The position numbers were made by a program, and so were the translations under genes. Below are positions 1 through 9,445 of a DNA stretch of 60,900 bases, piece by piece; within the stretch, counting starts at the first letter, position 1; every line of letters starts with the position of its first letter. A model generated the notes under the pieces. That model saw only the letters and a list, made by a program, of their open reading frames with translations, ran no database searches and had not been told where the DNA came from. The stretch comes from Bacillales bacterium UBA6877. Lineage in GTDB: Bacteria; Bacillota_I; Bacilli_A; RFN20; CAG-826. The stretch is taken from assembly GCA_002451465.1 (NCBI GenBank), contig DKCJ01000020.1, positions 52,777 to 113,676 on the forward strand, read 5' to 3'.

Positions 1-2435
1 TTTTCATCACGTTCTTTTATTATGCTTTCTGAAACATTTGCATTAATTTTATCAATCAAATTAAAAGGCATATAAATATTATTTCCTTCAGGAACATAAT
101 AGTCTCTTGAAATATTTATATTTGGAACTTTTAAATTAATATTAGATTTTTTAAGTTCAATGATGTATTTTGATAATTTTTCATCATTTTTAGTTATTTG
201 AGAATTTAAAATTGCCGTATAAAATTCCATTGGATAATAAGATTTTAAATATAAAGTTTGGGCGGTAATCATTGCATAAGCTACAGCATGCGATTTATTA
301 AAACCATATTCAGCAAATTTAGAAATGGTCTCAAAAACCTTATTAATTACATCAACTTTATGACCTTTTTTAAGAGCGCCAGAAATAAATTTTGCTTTCA
401 TAGCTTCCATTTTCGTCTTATCTTTTTTAGAACAAGCTTTCCTTAAATTATCAGCTTCAGCAAAAGTAAATCCAGCAAAATCTTGCGATGCAATCATAAT
501 TTGTTCTTGATAAATAAAGATACCATAAGTATCTTTTAAAGAATGGATTAAAGAATTATCGATATATGTAACTTCTTCTTTTCCATTTAAGCGATTTGCA
601 AAAACACCTAAATTAACACGTGGACCAGGTCTATCAAGTGAAATAAATGCCGTTAATTCACTAAAATTTCTAGGCTTAAAATAATTTAATGCGCTACTTG
701 CTGCGCTTGTATCCATTTGGAATACACCCATCAAAAGTTCTTTTTGAATCGGTTCATAAATTTTTGGATTATCTAAATCAATATTTTTTAAGTCTACATC
801 AATATTTTTATAAAACTTAATTAATTTTAAAGTATTATCAATTGTAGTAAGGTTTATTAAACCTAAAATATCCATTTTTAAAAAACCTTCTTCTTCAAGG
901 TAGTCTTTTTCGTATTGAGTAATATAACCAATATTATCTTTAAATAATGGTATTGAATTTATTAATGGGGTGTTATTTAAAATAACACCAGCCGCATGCA
1001 TACCTCTTTGTCTTGCTAATCCTTCAATTAAGTGTGCTCGCTTAACAAGTGTTTTTATTTTTTCATCATCATCAACGATATTTTTAAACTTTGAGTTGTT
1101 TTTATAAGTTTCTACAAGATTTACTTGTTTATTGTTTTTATCAATTATTAATTTTGTTAATTCAGAAACATCCTTATCTTCAAAACTATAAATTCTTCCA
1201 ATATCTCTTAAAGCTTGTTTTGCAAGAATTGTTTGAATAGTAGCAATATTTGCAACTCTATCTAAACCATATTTTTCTTTTAAATAGATAACAACAAGGT
1301 CACGTTTAGTGTCACCAAAATCAATATCGATATCAGGCATTGATTGTCGGCTAGGATTTAAAAATCTCTCAAATAATAAATTATATTTTATTGGATCTAC
1401 TTCCGTTATATTTAAGACATAAGATATTAAACAACCAGCAGCCGAACCTCTTCCAGGTCCAACAGGAATATTGTGTGTTTTAGCATAATTTACATAATCT
1501 TGAACAATCAAAAAATAATCACAATAACCCATTTGTTTAATAATTTTAAATTCATAATTTAATCTATTTCGATAGATTTTTTGGGTATTTAAATTTATTT
1601 TTCGATTTATTAAACCTTCTTTTATTTTTTTAATTAATTCATTTTCTGAATTATTTTCACCATCGTCAATAGGATAATGTAACATTTCTCCACGTTTTTT
1701 ATTTAATTCAAAATTTATTTTATTAACAATTTCATTAATAGAATCAAGTTCAGCAGTAGTGTAAAATTTTTTAAGTTCTTCATCAGTTTTTAAATGATAA
1801 AAACTTTTATTTGGCTTATAGCTGATATCTAATTTTGTATTGTTTTTTATGGCATTTAAAATATCTAAAACAATTGCATCATCTTTTTTAATGTATTTCG
1901 TTAAAGAGTGGGCAATTGTTTTATAACAAAACTTATTTGCAAAATTACGTATTAGTTCATAGTGAGAAATTAAAGATTCATCAAAAAACTCTAAACCAAT
2001 ATAAAAATCATCAGGATTAATAGTACGAGCAATACTTGAAACTTTATTTTTAAATTCATCATTAATATTATTAAATAATGGAGAACTAGAACATAAAATT
2101 ACAACTAAACCATCAATATTTTCTTTAAAATTTAATAAAGTTAATTCATTAGAGCTAAAAAGTAATGATAGTTTTGAAAGATTCTTATAACCATCTTCGT
2201 TTTTTATAAGGAAGGTAAATAGTACATTTTCTATAATTAAATCCATTCCAAAAATAGGCTTTATATTATATTTTTTTGAAAGTTTATCAAATTCTGGAAG
2301 GCCCATCAAAATATTTTTATCAGTTAAAGCAATACATTTAACATTATTTTTATAAACAATTGATAAAAACTTTTCGAGTAAAATTCCACTTTCTAAAAAT
2401 GAATATTGACTATATAAATGGAGTGGAAAATACAT
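1..2435 (-). CDS. dnaE: DNA polymerase III alpha subunit DnaE, first ~811 codons. The ORF runs off the left window edge, so it has no stop here and is absent from the supplied track.
   Basis: Manual minus-strand translation from ATG 2435..2433 gives MYFPLHLYSQYSFLESGILLEKF (PHP-domain start). The same frame is still open at 59..1 (LIDKINANVSESIIKERDE). The DnaE motif NIPVGPGRGSAAGCLISYV lies at about 1400..1475. The start overlaps the nrnA stop (TAATG). Confidence 0.9.
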   Translation of the reverse strand, partial: MYFPLHLYSQYSFLESGILLEKFLSIVYKNNVKCIALTDKNILMGLPEFDKLSKKYNIKPIFGMDLIIENVLFTFLIKNEDGYKNLSKLSLLFSSNELTLLNFKENIDGLVVILCSSSPLFNNINDEFKNKVSSIARTINPDDFYIGLEFFDESLISHYELIRNFANKFCYKTIAHSLTKYIKKDDAIVLDILNAIKNNTKLDISYKPNKSFYHLKTDEELKKFYTTAELDSINEIVNKINFELNKKRGEMLHYPIDDGENNSENELIKKIKEGLINRKINLNTQKIYRNRLNYEFKIIKQMGYCDYFLIVQDYVNYAKTHNIPVGPGRGSAAGCLISYVLNITEVDPIKYNLLFERFLNPSRQSMPDIDIDFGDTKRDLVVIYLKEKYGLDRVANIATIQTILAKQALRDIGRIYSFEDKDVSELTKLIIDKNNKQVNLVETYKNNSKFKNIVDDDEKIKTLVKRAHLIEGLARQRGMHAAGVILNNTPLINSIPLFKDNIGYITQYEKDYLEEEGFLKMDILGLINLTTIDNTLKLIKFYKNIDVDLKNIDLDNPKIYEPIQKELLMGVFQMDTSAASSALNYFKPRNFSELTAFISLDRPGPRVNLGVFANRLNGKEEVTYIDNSLIHSLKDTYGIFIYQEQIMIASQDFAGFTFAEADNLRKACSKKDKTKMEAMKAKFISGALKKGHKVDVINKVFETISKFAEYGFNKSHAVAYAMITAQTLYLKSYYPMEFYTAILNSQITKNDEKLSKYIIELKKSNINLKVPNINISRDYYVPEGNNIYMPFNLIDKINANVSESIIKERDE

Positions 2436-3436
2436 TATTTTTCTCCTTTAATAACGACCTCATCCAATCTTTTTAATAATTTTGGTAATTCAGTTAAATC
2501 TTTAATTTGTGCACCGGCAGCTTGATTATGTCCGCCACCTTTAAACTCTTTAGCAACTTGATTAACTCGATAATTTCGACTTCTTAAAGATACTCTAAAA
2601 CATGGTTCAGTAATATCTTCCGTAACTGAAATCCATATATTAATACCTTTATAATTTGAAAAGAAATTCACATATTCTTTTCCTTGATCACAAGTTATTC
2701 CAAGATTTGTTAAGTCTTTTTGTGTTAAAACATAGTAACAAACGCCATGTTTAGTAATTTTAAAATTTGAAATTACAAATTTTATGAAATCAAGAGATTT
2801 CATATCTTTTGTATACATATCTTCATAAAGTTTTGTAAGATTAAAACCTTTATTTAATAACTCTGCACCAATTTCAAGCGTAAAAGGAGAAGTGGAACCA
2901 AAAAGAAATCTTCCATTATCACCAACCATTCCAATATAAAGATAATGTGCAGCTTTTTTACTTAATGTATAACCTTTTTTTTCAAAATATAAGAGCATTG
3001 CCGCGACTATTTCAGAACATGATGATTTCTCAGTTTGAACAAGACAATCATTGTAAACAACTTCTTCACATGGATGGTGATCAATTTTAAAAATATAATC
3101 AGCTTTTTCAAATCGTGGATCAGCAATACGTTTTTTATCACCAACATCGCATATTATTGCTAAAAAAGGTTCACAAGAAATATAATTATCACTAAGTTTA
3201 TTAACTTCAGGAAATAAATTTCCTGAAAAAACCACATGATTATCACCAGCAGTTCTAATTTCTTTATCCTTAAAATTTTCTTTCAACCAAGTTTCAAGAC
3301 CAAATTGGCAACCTAAAGCATCAAAATCAGGCATAATATGTCTAAAAATGATAATTCTTTTATATTTTTTAATCTTTTTTAAAATTTCATTGTAAAACTT
3401 TTTATTCTTTTTAAACTCTTCTTTTATAAAATTCAT
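2435..3436 (-). CDS. nrnA: DHH/DHHA1 phosphoesterase, NrnA-type oligoribonuclease/pAp phosphatase
   Basis: Motifs HIMPDFDALGC, KIDHHP and the DHHA1 signature GGGHNQAAGA. Adjacent to dnaE as in Bacillus. Confidence 0.8.
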   Translation of the reverse strand: MNFIKEEFKKNKKFYNEILKKIKKYKRIIIFRHIMPDFDALGCQFGLETWLKENFKDKEIRTAGDNHVVFSGNLFPEVNKLSDNYISCEPFLAIICDVGDKKRIADPRFEKADYIFKIDHHPCEEVVYNDCLVQTEKSSCSEIVAAMLLYFEKKGYTLSKKAAHYLYIGMVGDNGRFLFGSTSPFTLEIGAELLNKGFNLTKLYEDMYTKDMKSLDFIKFVISNFKITKHGVCYYVLTQKDLTNLGITCDQGKEYVNFFSNYKGINIWISVTEDITEPCFRVSLRSRNYRVNQVAKEFKGGGHNQAAGAQIKDLTELPKLLKRLDEVVIKGEK

Positions 3437-3446
3437 CTTTGATTCC

Positions 3447-4643
3447 TTATTTTAAAAGCATATTATAAGCATCACGAGCAATCATTACTTCTTCATTTGT
3501 TGGAATAACAGCAACTTTTATCTTTGAATCTTCATTTGATAACAAGCCTTCTTTTCCGCCAAATAATGACTTATTTTTTTCATCACTATAGGTAATACCA
3601 AGAGCTTCTTTTACATTATCTAATACAAGTTTACGATAGAAGGCGCTATTTTCACCAATACCAGCAGAGAAAATGATTAAATCACATCCTCCGAGTCTAA
3701 CATAATATTGACCAATGAAATCAGCTACTCTTCTTGCCCATAAAGCATTTGTTAATTTAGCTTGCTTACTTCCTTTATCAGCAGCACTTTCTAAGTCTCT
3801 TGTATCATCACTAATTCCAGAAACACCCTTTAATCCTGATTTTTTACTAAATTCTTGGAATACAGTTTCAACGTCTTTTCCAGTTTGTTTACAAACATAA
3901 TAGAAAACGGATGGATCAAGATCACCTGTTCTTGTTCCCATCATAATTCCACCAGTTGGAGTTAAGCCCATTGAAGTTGCAAGACTTTTACCATCTTTAA
4001 CGGCAGTAATAGAGGCGCCACTTCCTAAATGACAAATAATAATTCTTGAATGAATATCGTTATTTACGTATTTAAGACCTTTTTCGCTTAAATATTTATG
4101 GCTTGTACCATGTGCACCATAACGATAAATTAAATATTTCTCGGTATATTCGTAAGGAATAGGGAATGTTTTATCAACTTCATCCATAGTCTGATGGAAA
4201 GCAGTATCAAATGAACAAATTCCTGGAGTATTTGGTAAAACTTTTTGGAATGCTCTAATTCCAGTCAATTCAGCCGCATTATGATTAGGTGATAGTGGAA
4301 TTAAAGATTCAATTTTTGCTAAGACTTCATCACTAATTATTGCTGATGAAGAAAAATAAGGACCACCTTGAACTATACGATGTCCAGTTGCCTTAATTTC
4401 ATCATATGATTTAATAATTCCATCCTTAATTAAAGCATCCATAACTAATTTAACAGCTACTGAATGATCTTTAACTGGTAAAACTTCCTTATTAACTTTT
4501 GAATTAAATTTAACGGTAAAAATACCATCATCATGACCAATTCTTTCGACAATACCAGAACAAATAACTTTTTCTTCGGGCATTTCATATAATTTAAATT
4601 TTAAACTGCTGCTACCAGCATTGACTGCCATTACTTTTGACAT
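3447..4643 (-). CDS. ackA: acetate kinase
   Basis: N-terminus VMAVNAGSSSLKFKLY, plus HRIVQGG, GAHGTSH and EEVMIARD, which are typical AckA motifs across the full length. Confidence 0.95.
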   Translation of the reverse strand: MSKVMAVNAGSSSLKFKLYEMPEEKVICSGIVERIGHDDGIFTVKFNSKVNKEVLPVKDHSVAVKLVMDALIKDGIIKSYDEIKATGHRIVQGGPYFSSSAIISDEVLAKIESLIPLSPNHNAAELTGIRAFQKVLPNTPGICSFDTAFHQTMDEVDKTFPIPYEYTEKYLIYRYGAHGTSHKYLSEKGLKYVNNDIHSRIIICHLGSGASITAVKDGKSLATSMGLTPTGGIMMGTRTGDLDPSVFYYVCKQTGKDVETVFQEFSKKSGLKGVSGISDDTRDLESAADKGSKQAKLTNALWARRVADFIGQYYVRLGGCDLIIFSAGIGENSAFYRKLVLDNVKEALGITYSDEKNKSLFGGKEGLLSNEDSKIKVAVIPTNEEVMIARDAYNMLLK

Positions 4644-4746
4644 AAATAATCTCCTTAAAGTTCTTCTTTATTATATTATCTAAAAAGGCTATTTCATACT
4701 AAAAACTAATGAAAATTATTATAAATTATAAAGAAATGTAAGAATA

Positions 4747-6198
4747 CTATCTAATTCTTTTAGTTAATTTATATCTAGGATTAAAATAAATATATTTTGC
4801 TAAACCAATAAATAATGTAATAGTTGACGCAATCCACGCACCAATATCAGCACCCATTAAAACAAGATAAGATAAATCACTTGTTGGATTAGTTGGATTA
4901 ACAAGACTTGGTAAAAATAAAGAAATTAAAACTCTTGAAACAAGCTCAAAACAGCCAGCTAAGAACGGAAATAGAGGTTTTTCAATTCCTTGAAGAACAT
5001 TTCTTCCAAGACATAACCAACCCAAAAAGAAATACAAAGGAAGATTAACGTACATATAATACGTACCATATTTAATAGTATTTGCGTTTATATTATTTGG
5101 ATTTAAGAAAATATATAAAAACGCACCTTTAATACATAATAAGAATCCTAAAATACTAGTCATAACGCAAACAACCGTTGTAATTAATATACCTCTTGTA
5201 CATCCTTTTCTCACTCTTTCATATTCTCCAGCACCTAAATTTTGTCCAGAAAATGAAAGCATTGCCGTTCCAATACCATTTGGAATACATATAAATGATG
5301 TAATTAATTTATTTGCAGCACCATAACCTAGTTGTGCTGGTTGAGTAGGATCATTATTTGCTAAATCAAATTTTACGACAGCACCTTGCATAATAATAAT
5401 TCCAATTGCTAAAACACTAAATTGTAAGCCAAGAGGAATACCATTTTTAAGGTGTTGGAAAGCATATTTCCAATCAATCTTTAAATCACTAAATTTTATT
5501 CTTAAATAATCATATTTTTTATATGAATAAATAAAACATAAAACTCCTGATATAAATTGCGAAATAATTGTGGCAAATGCAGCTCCAAAAACACCCCAAT
5601 CAAAAGTAACAATAAATAATAAATCAAGGAAAATGTTTAAAATAACACTTAAAAATAAAAATACTAAAGGAGTAATTGAGTCGCCAACTGCACGTAATAC
5701 ACTACTAAATAAGTTAAAAAATAAAAGAGCAATTGTTCCTAAAAAATAAACAAAAATATATGTATAAGCATATTGATAAACGGAACTATCTTTTGTTATA
5801 TTTATTGACTCAAGCATGAAATCAATCGATAATATCGCAACAATTGTTAATATAACACCAATAATAAAAGTTAAAACAACTTGAATAGCATATGATTGTC
5901 TTATCTTATCTTTATCATAAGCACCAAATGCTTTGGCAGTAATAGCACTAAAACCAGCCGAACATCCAAATCCAAATTGTAAAATAATGAAAGTTAAACA
6001 ACTAACATCATTAATTCCAGCAATTTCATCTGGACCTAAATTTTGTCCTGCGATTGCCGCATCAGTAATTGTATAAATTTGTTGTAATAAAAGTGATAAT
6101 AAAATAGGAATACTGAATACAATAATACTTTCAGTAATATTTCCTTTAGTTAAATCAATAGGTTTAAAAATGTTTTTAATTCTCTCTAAAATACGCAT
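4747..6198 (-). CDS. MATE family efflux transporter
   Basis: A ~12-TM hydrophobic protein with a MATE-like N-terminus (IPILLSLLLQQIYTITDAAIAG). The track ORF begins at TTG 6216. The in-frame ATG at 6198 (MRILERIK) has an AAAGG SD-like sequence upstream and is preferred. Confidence 0.8.
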   Translation of the reverse strand: MRILERIKNIFKPIDLTKGNITESIIVFSIPILLSLLLQQIYTITDAAIAGQNLGPDEIAGINDVSCLTFIILQFGFGCSAGFSAITAKAFGAYDKDKIRQSYAIQVVLTFIIGVILTIVAILSIDFMLESINITKDSSVYQYAYTYIFVYFLGTIALLFFNLFSSVLRAVGDSITPLVFLFLSVILNIFLDLLFIVTFDWGVFGAAFATIISQFISGVLCFIYSYKKYDYLRIKFSDLKIDWKYAFQHLKNGIPLGLQFSVLAIGIIIMQGAVVKFDLANNDPTQPAQLGYGAANKLITSFICIPNGIGTAMLSFSGQNLGAGEYERVRKGCTRGILITTVVCVMTSILGFLLCIKGAFLYIFLNPNNINANTIKYGTYYMYVNLPLYFFLGWLCLGRNVLQGIEKPLFPFLAGCFELVSRVLISLFLPSLVNPTNPTSDLSYLVLMGADIGAWIASTITLFIGLAKYIYFNPRYKLTKRIR

Positions 6199-6302
6199 GA
6201 CCTTTATTCTAGTCAAAAAAATTAATGTTTCAAGAAAAATGAATTATATTTTTTTAAAAATAATATTTGGATTTTAAGCCTATTTACTAGATAATTATTT
6301 AT

Positions 6303-7796
6303 ATGAAAGAAAGCGGAATTCTTTTACATATATCTTCTTTACCAAATAAATATGGAATAGGATCAATTGGTAAAGGTGCTTATAAATTTGTTGATTGGCT
6401 AAAGGAATGCGGTTTTAGTAGATGGGAAATTTTACCTTTAAATCCAGCTGGACCTGCAAATTCTCCATACCAAACAAATAGTGCTTTTGGATTCAATATT
6501 TCATTTATTGATTTAGATTTATTGATTGATGAAGGATTACTAAAAAAAATAGATTTACGTGGTTTATTTTTTGGTAAAAACCCTGAATTTGTTGATTATA
6601 AGGCTATATGGAACACAAGAAAACAAATTTTATACAAAGCATATAAAAGATTTGATAAAACATCTCGTGAATTTAAAAATTTTAAAGAAGACCATGATTA
6701 TCAAGAATTTGCTTTATATATGACAATAAAAGACATTAATAATAATAAACCTTGGTATGATTGGTCTATAGAATATCGTATTTTTACTCCTTTAGTTAGG
6801 GACTATATTTTAAAAAAATATTATAAAAAATATGAATTTTATGTTTTTACACAATATATTTTTTTAAAGCAATGGAGAACCTTAAAAAAATACGCTAATA
6901 ATAAAGGGATCAAAATTGTTGGATGCGTTCCTTATTATTTATCATATGATAGTGTTGAATTTTATTTTCATCCAGATTTATTTTTGGTTGGAAAAAATAA
7001 CGCTTTAGAATACATTAGCGGTTATCCAAGTGATGCTTATAATAAAGTTGGGCAGCGTTGGGGAAATCCACTTTACGATTGGTCTTATATGAAAGCTAAT
7101 AATTATAAATGGTGGAATGAAAGAATAAGTAAAGCTCTTAAACTTTATGACTATGTAGTCCTTAATCATTTCCGAGGTTTTTATCAATTTTATGCTATGC
7201 CATTTTCCTTTATGGATAGTAGCAAAGGATTTTTTATGGAAGGTCCAAGACTCGATTTCTTTAAAGATAAAAAGAATTTACCACTTATAGCATCTGGTGT
7301 TGGTTTAAAAGACGAACACGTCGCACGTTTCATCAAAGAATGTGGTTATCCAGATATTAGAATGTTATTATTTGGCTTAAATAATATTCCTGAAAATATT
7401 CATAATCCAATTAACTACAACGAAAAAACAATTGCGTATTCTACAAATCACGACTCCATGCCATTAAAAGGCTTCATTAAAGACAATTTTAATGAAAATT
7501 TATTTAATCAAATAGAAACATTAGCAAATAATTTTGATATTCAATTTGAAAAAGAAAAAATTTCTATTAAATATCTTTTTGATGTCTTAATAAAGATATT
7601 ATATAAATCTAATGCAGGTTGCATTATGCTACAACTTCAAGATATTTTAATGCAAGATAAAGGTTCTAGAATGAATACCCCTGGTGTTGTTAATAAAACA
7701 AACTGGTGTTATAGGATAACTTCAATTGACCTTGAAGATGATTATACAATTAAAAAATTTAAAGAATTAAATAAAAAATACGAACGATCAATCTAA
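6303..7796 (+). CDS. GH77 4-alpha-glucanotransferase (MalQ) family paralogue with degenerate catalytic motifs
   Basis: Alignable to the second MalQ over its full length (GILLHISSLPNKYGIGS, SPYQ, GQRWGNPLY, NHFRGF, STNHDS). The catalytic positions read LNHFRGF and IASGVG instead of IDHFRGF and AEDLG. Confidence 0.85.
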   Translation: MKESGILLHISSLPNKYGIGSIGKGAYKFVDWLKECGFSRWEILPLNPAGPANSPYQTNSAFGFNISFIDLDLLIDEGLLKKIDLRGLFFGKNPEFVDYKAIWNTRKQILYKAYKRFDKTSREFKNFKEDHDYQEFALYMTIKDINNNKPWYDWSIEYRIFTPLVRDYILKKYYKKYEFYVFTQYIFLKQWRTLKKYANNKGIKIVGCVPYYLSYDSVEFYFHPDLFLVGKNNALEYISGYPSDAYNKVGQRWGNPLYDWSYMKANNYKWWNERISKALKLYDYVVLNHFRGFYQFYAMPFSFMDSSKGFFMEGPRLDFFKDKKNLPLIASGVGLKDEHVARFIKECGYPDIRMLLFGLNNIPENIHNPINYNEKTIAYSTNHDSMPLKGFIKDNFNENLFNQIETLANNFDIQFEKEKISIKYLFDVLIKILYKSNAGCIMLQLQDILMQDKGSRMNTPGVVNKTNWCYRITSIDLEDDYTIKKFKELNKKYERSI

Positions 7797-9083
7797 TTTA
7801 TCAAGATATAATGGATAATTGAATTTTATCGTATGATTTCGAATTATAATTTTTTCATTGTTTAAAAGGTTAATATAATTCCCATCTTCTAGTAGATTTG
7901 AATTAATAGTAATTGGGTTCTCAGTTAAATTAAATAAACCAATTATTGGTTGTTGATTTTTATAAATATTTTTGAAAGCTAGAACTTTTTCATGTACATC
8001 TAAACAATCGCTTTGGATTAACTCTTCATTTATAGGATCTTTTTTTAGTTCAACTAACTTTTTTATAAAATTAAAATAGTTTAAATCAACAACATTTGTT
8101 GAAATTAAATCTTTTTCAAATAAATTAGGTAGTTTGTATTCTTTCGTTTCTTGACCACCATAAATAAAGCCACTTCCTTTAATAAAAAAGATAAAGGCAT
8201 TTAAGTTCATTCTTAATGGATCATAATTTGTAAAAGACGCTATACGAGCAATATCATGATTTTCTAAAGTCCCAATTTTTAAAGCATTAGTTGGAAGACT
8301 GATATTCTCATAAAGAAACGATTTTTTATAAAAATCTAAATTAATATCACCTTTTTTAAGTAAAAAATCACGTAATAAATAGTAATTAGAATATCTATAA
8401 AGCAAATCAAAGCCATCTTTAAAAAGCTCAGAATCTGAGCAACAATTTCCCCCTTTTCCACGAACATAATTTGCAAATTCAGGTTCAACAGCTTCAGCAA
8501 GAAGAATAATATTTTTATTTATTTTTCTTAATTTTGGAAATGCATATTTATAAAATTCATTAGTTAAAAAACTTGCAACATCAAAACGATAACCATCAAT
8601 ACCAAGATTCAAATAATATTCCAATACATTTGTAACATAGTTAATTAATGGTAGATTATTAGTATAGTTTAAGTCATAAACATCGGACCAATCACCAAAA
8701 TGATTCGCAAAATCCCCATTTTCATCATGATAATAAAATTCTGGATGCTCTTTTAATAAATTGTTATCACGAGAAGTGTGATTAAAAACGACATCCATAA
8801 TTACTAGCATGTCTCTATTATGAATTTCTTTAATTAAATCTTTAAAATCATCTAAGGTTCCAAGTTCAGGATTTATTTTATAGTAATCTTTAATTGCATA
8901 TGGAGAGCCTAAAGTACCTTTTCTTCCTAATTTTCCAATTTCATTAATTGGAAGAAGTTGTATTACTTTTACGCCAATGCTTTTTATATAGTCTAACTTA
9001 TTTATTAAAGCCTTAAATGTTCCTTCTTTGGTATAATTTCTTACATAAATTTGATAAAAAGTATATGTTTTAAGTTTGTTCAT
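7788..9083 (-). CDS. cytoplasmic GH13 alpha-amylase family enzyme (no signal peptide)
   Basis: GH13 regions I-IV are present: DVVFNHTS, GYRFDVASF, LLAEAVEP, LENHD. The track start GTG 9095 is replaced by ATG 9083 (MNKLKTY), which follows AAAGGTGAT. The 3' end overlaps the convergent GH77 gene by 9 nt, and its stop is TGA. Confidence 0.85.
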   Translation of the reverse strand: MNKLKTYTFYQIYVRNYTKEGTFKALINKLDYIKSIGVKVIQLLPINEIGKLGRKGTLGSPYAIKDYYKINPELGTLDDFKDLIKEIHNRDMLVIMDVVFNHTSRDNNLLKEHPEFYYHDENGDFANHFGDWSDVYDLNYTNNLPLINYVTNVLEYYLNLGIDGYRFDVASFLTNEFYKYAFPKLRKINKNIILLAEAVEPEFANYVRGKGGNCCSDSELFKDGFDLLYRYSNYYLLRDFLLKKGDINLDFYKKSFLYENISLPTNALKIGTLENHDIARIASFTNYDPLRMNLNAFIFFIKGSGFIYGGQETKEYKLPNLFEKDLISTNVVDLNYFNFIKKLVELKKDPINEELIQSDCLDVHEKVLAFKNIYKNQQPIIGLFNLTENPITINSNLLEDGNYINLLNNEKIIIRNHTIKFNYPLYLDKLD

Positions 9084-9391
9084 AATTTTAATCACCTTTT
9101 TTAGTTCTTATTAATTTTACTGAAAAATAAAAAATAAGCATTAAGAAATAATTTTTTTATTAAAAAAAGTTAAAAAATCAAATAATATTTGACATATTTT
9201 TTAAATAAATATGATTGTATCGTTATAAATTGATTTAAAAAGATTTATTATAAATATAATGGGCAATGACTATTTAATTTTAAAATTATGTAATTTTTTG
9301 ATAATTTATATTGTAAAAATATTTATTTTTTAAAATTATCGCGACACTATCAAACTAATTATATTTTTTATTTTTTTATATATGATTTTAA

Positions 9392-9421
9392 TTGCAAATA
9401 ATCTATATATATGAATATAAT
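9392..9421 (+). promoter_or_regulatory. candidate sigma-A promoter of the malQ/maltodextrin ABC operon (TTGCAA-18 nt-TATAAT)
   Basis: TTGCAA at 9392..9397 and TATAAT at 9416..9421, read directly from the sequence. Confidence 0.5.
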
Positions 9422-9434
9422 GGTAGCGCTTACA
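9421..9434 (+). promoter_or_regulatory. cre / LacI-GalR-type operator TGGTAGCGCTTACA overlapping the -10/+1 region
   Basis: Close to the cre consensus TGWAANCGNTNWCA, with a perfect right half-site. It lies 12 nt upstream of the likely malQ start. Confidence 0.5.
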
Positions 9435-9445
9435 AAATTAAAAAT

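Noticed and set aside
258-446. 62-aa plus-strand ORF from the track
   Set aside because: It lies entirely antisense inside the dnaE coding frame and has no SD. It is a typical AT-rich spurious frame.
3715-3900. 61-aa plus-strand ORF inside ackA
   Set aside because: It is antisense to a confidently identified gene and has no RBS.
7005-7187. 60-aa minus-strand ORF inside the GH77 paralogue
   Set aside because: Antisense overlap with no translation signals.
7788-7790. Possibility that the organism uses genetic code 4 (UGA = Trp), as many Mollicutes do
   Set aside because: TGA terminates the GH13 gene at the expected C-terminus. All conserved Trp positions I checked are TGG. Every housekeeping gene is full-length under the standard code.
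9338-9345. CG-containing ATCGCGAC, and TTGTATCGTTATAA near 9226, considered as further cre/LacI operators in the 350-nt mal upstream region
   Set aside because: The central CG is out of register with the TGWAANCGNTNWCA consensus, and neither site is palindromic.
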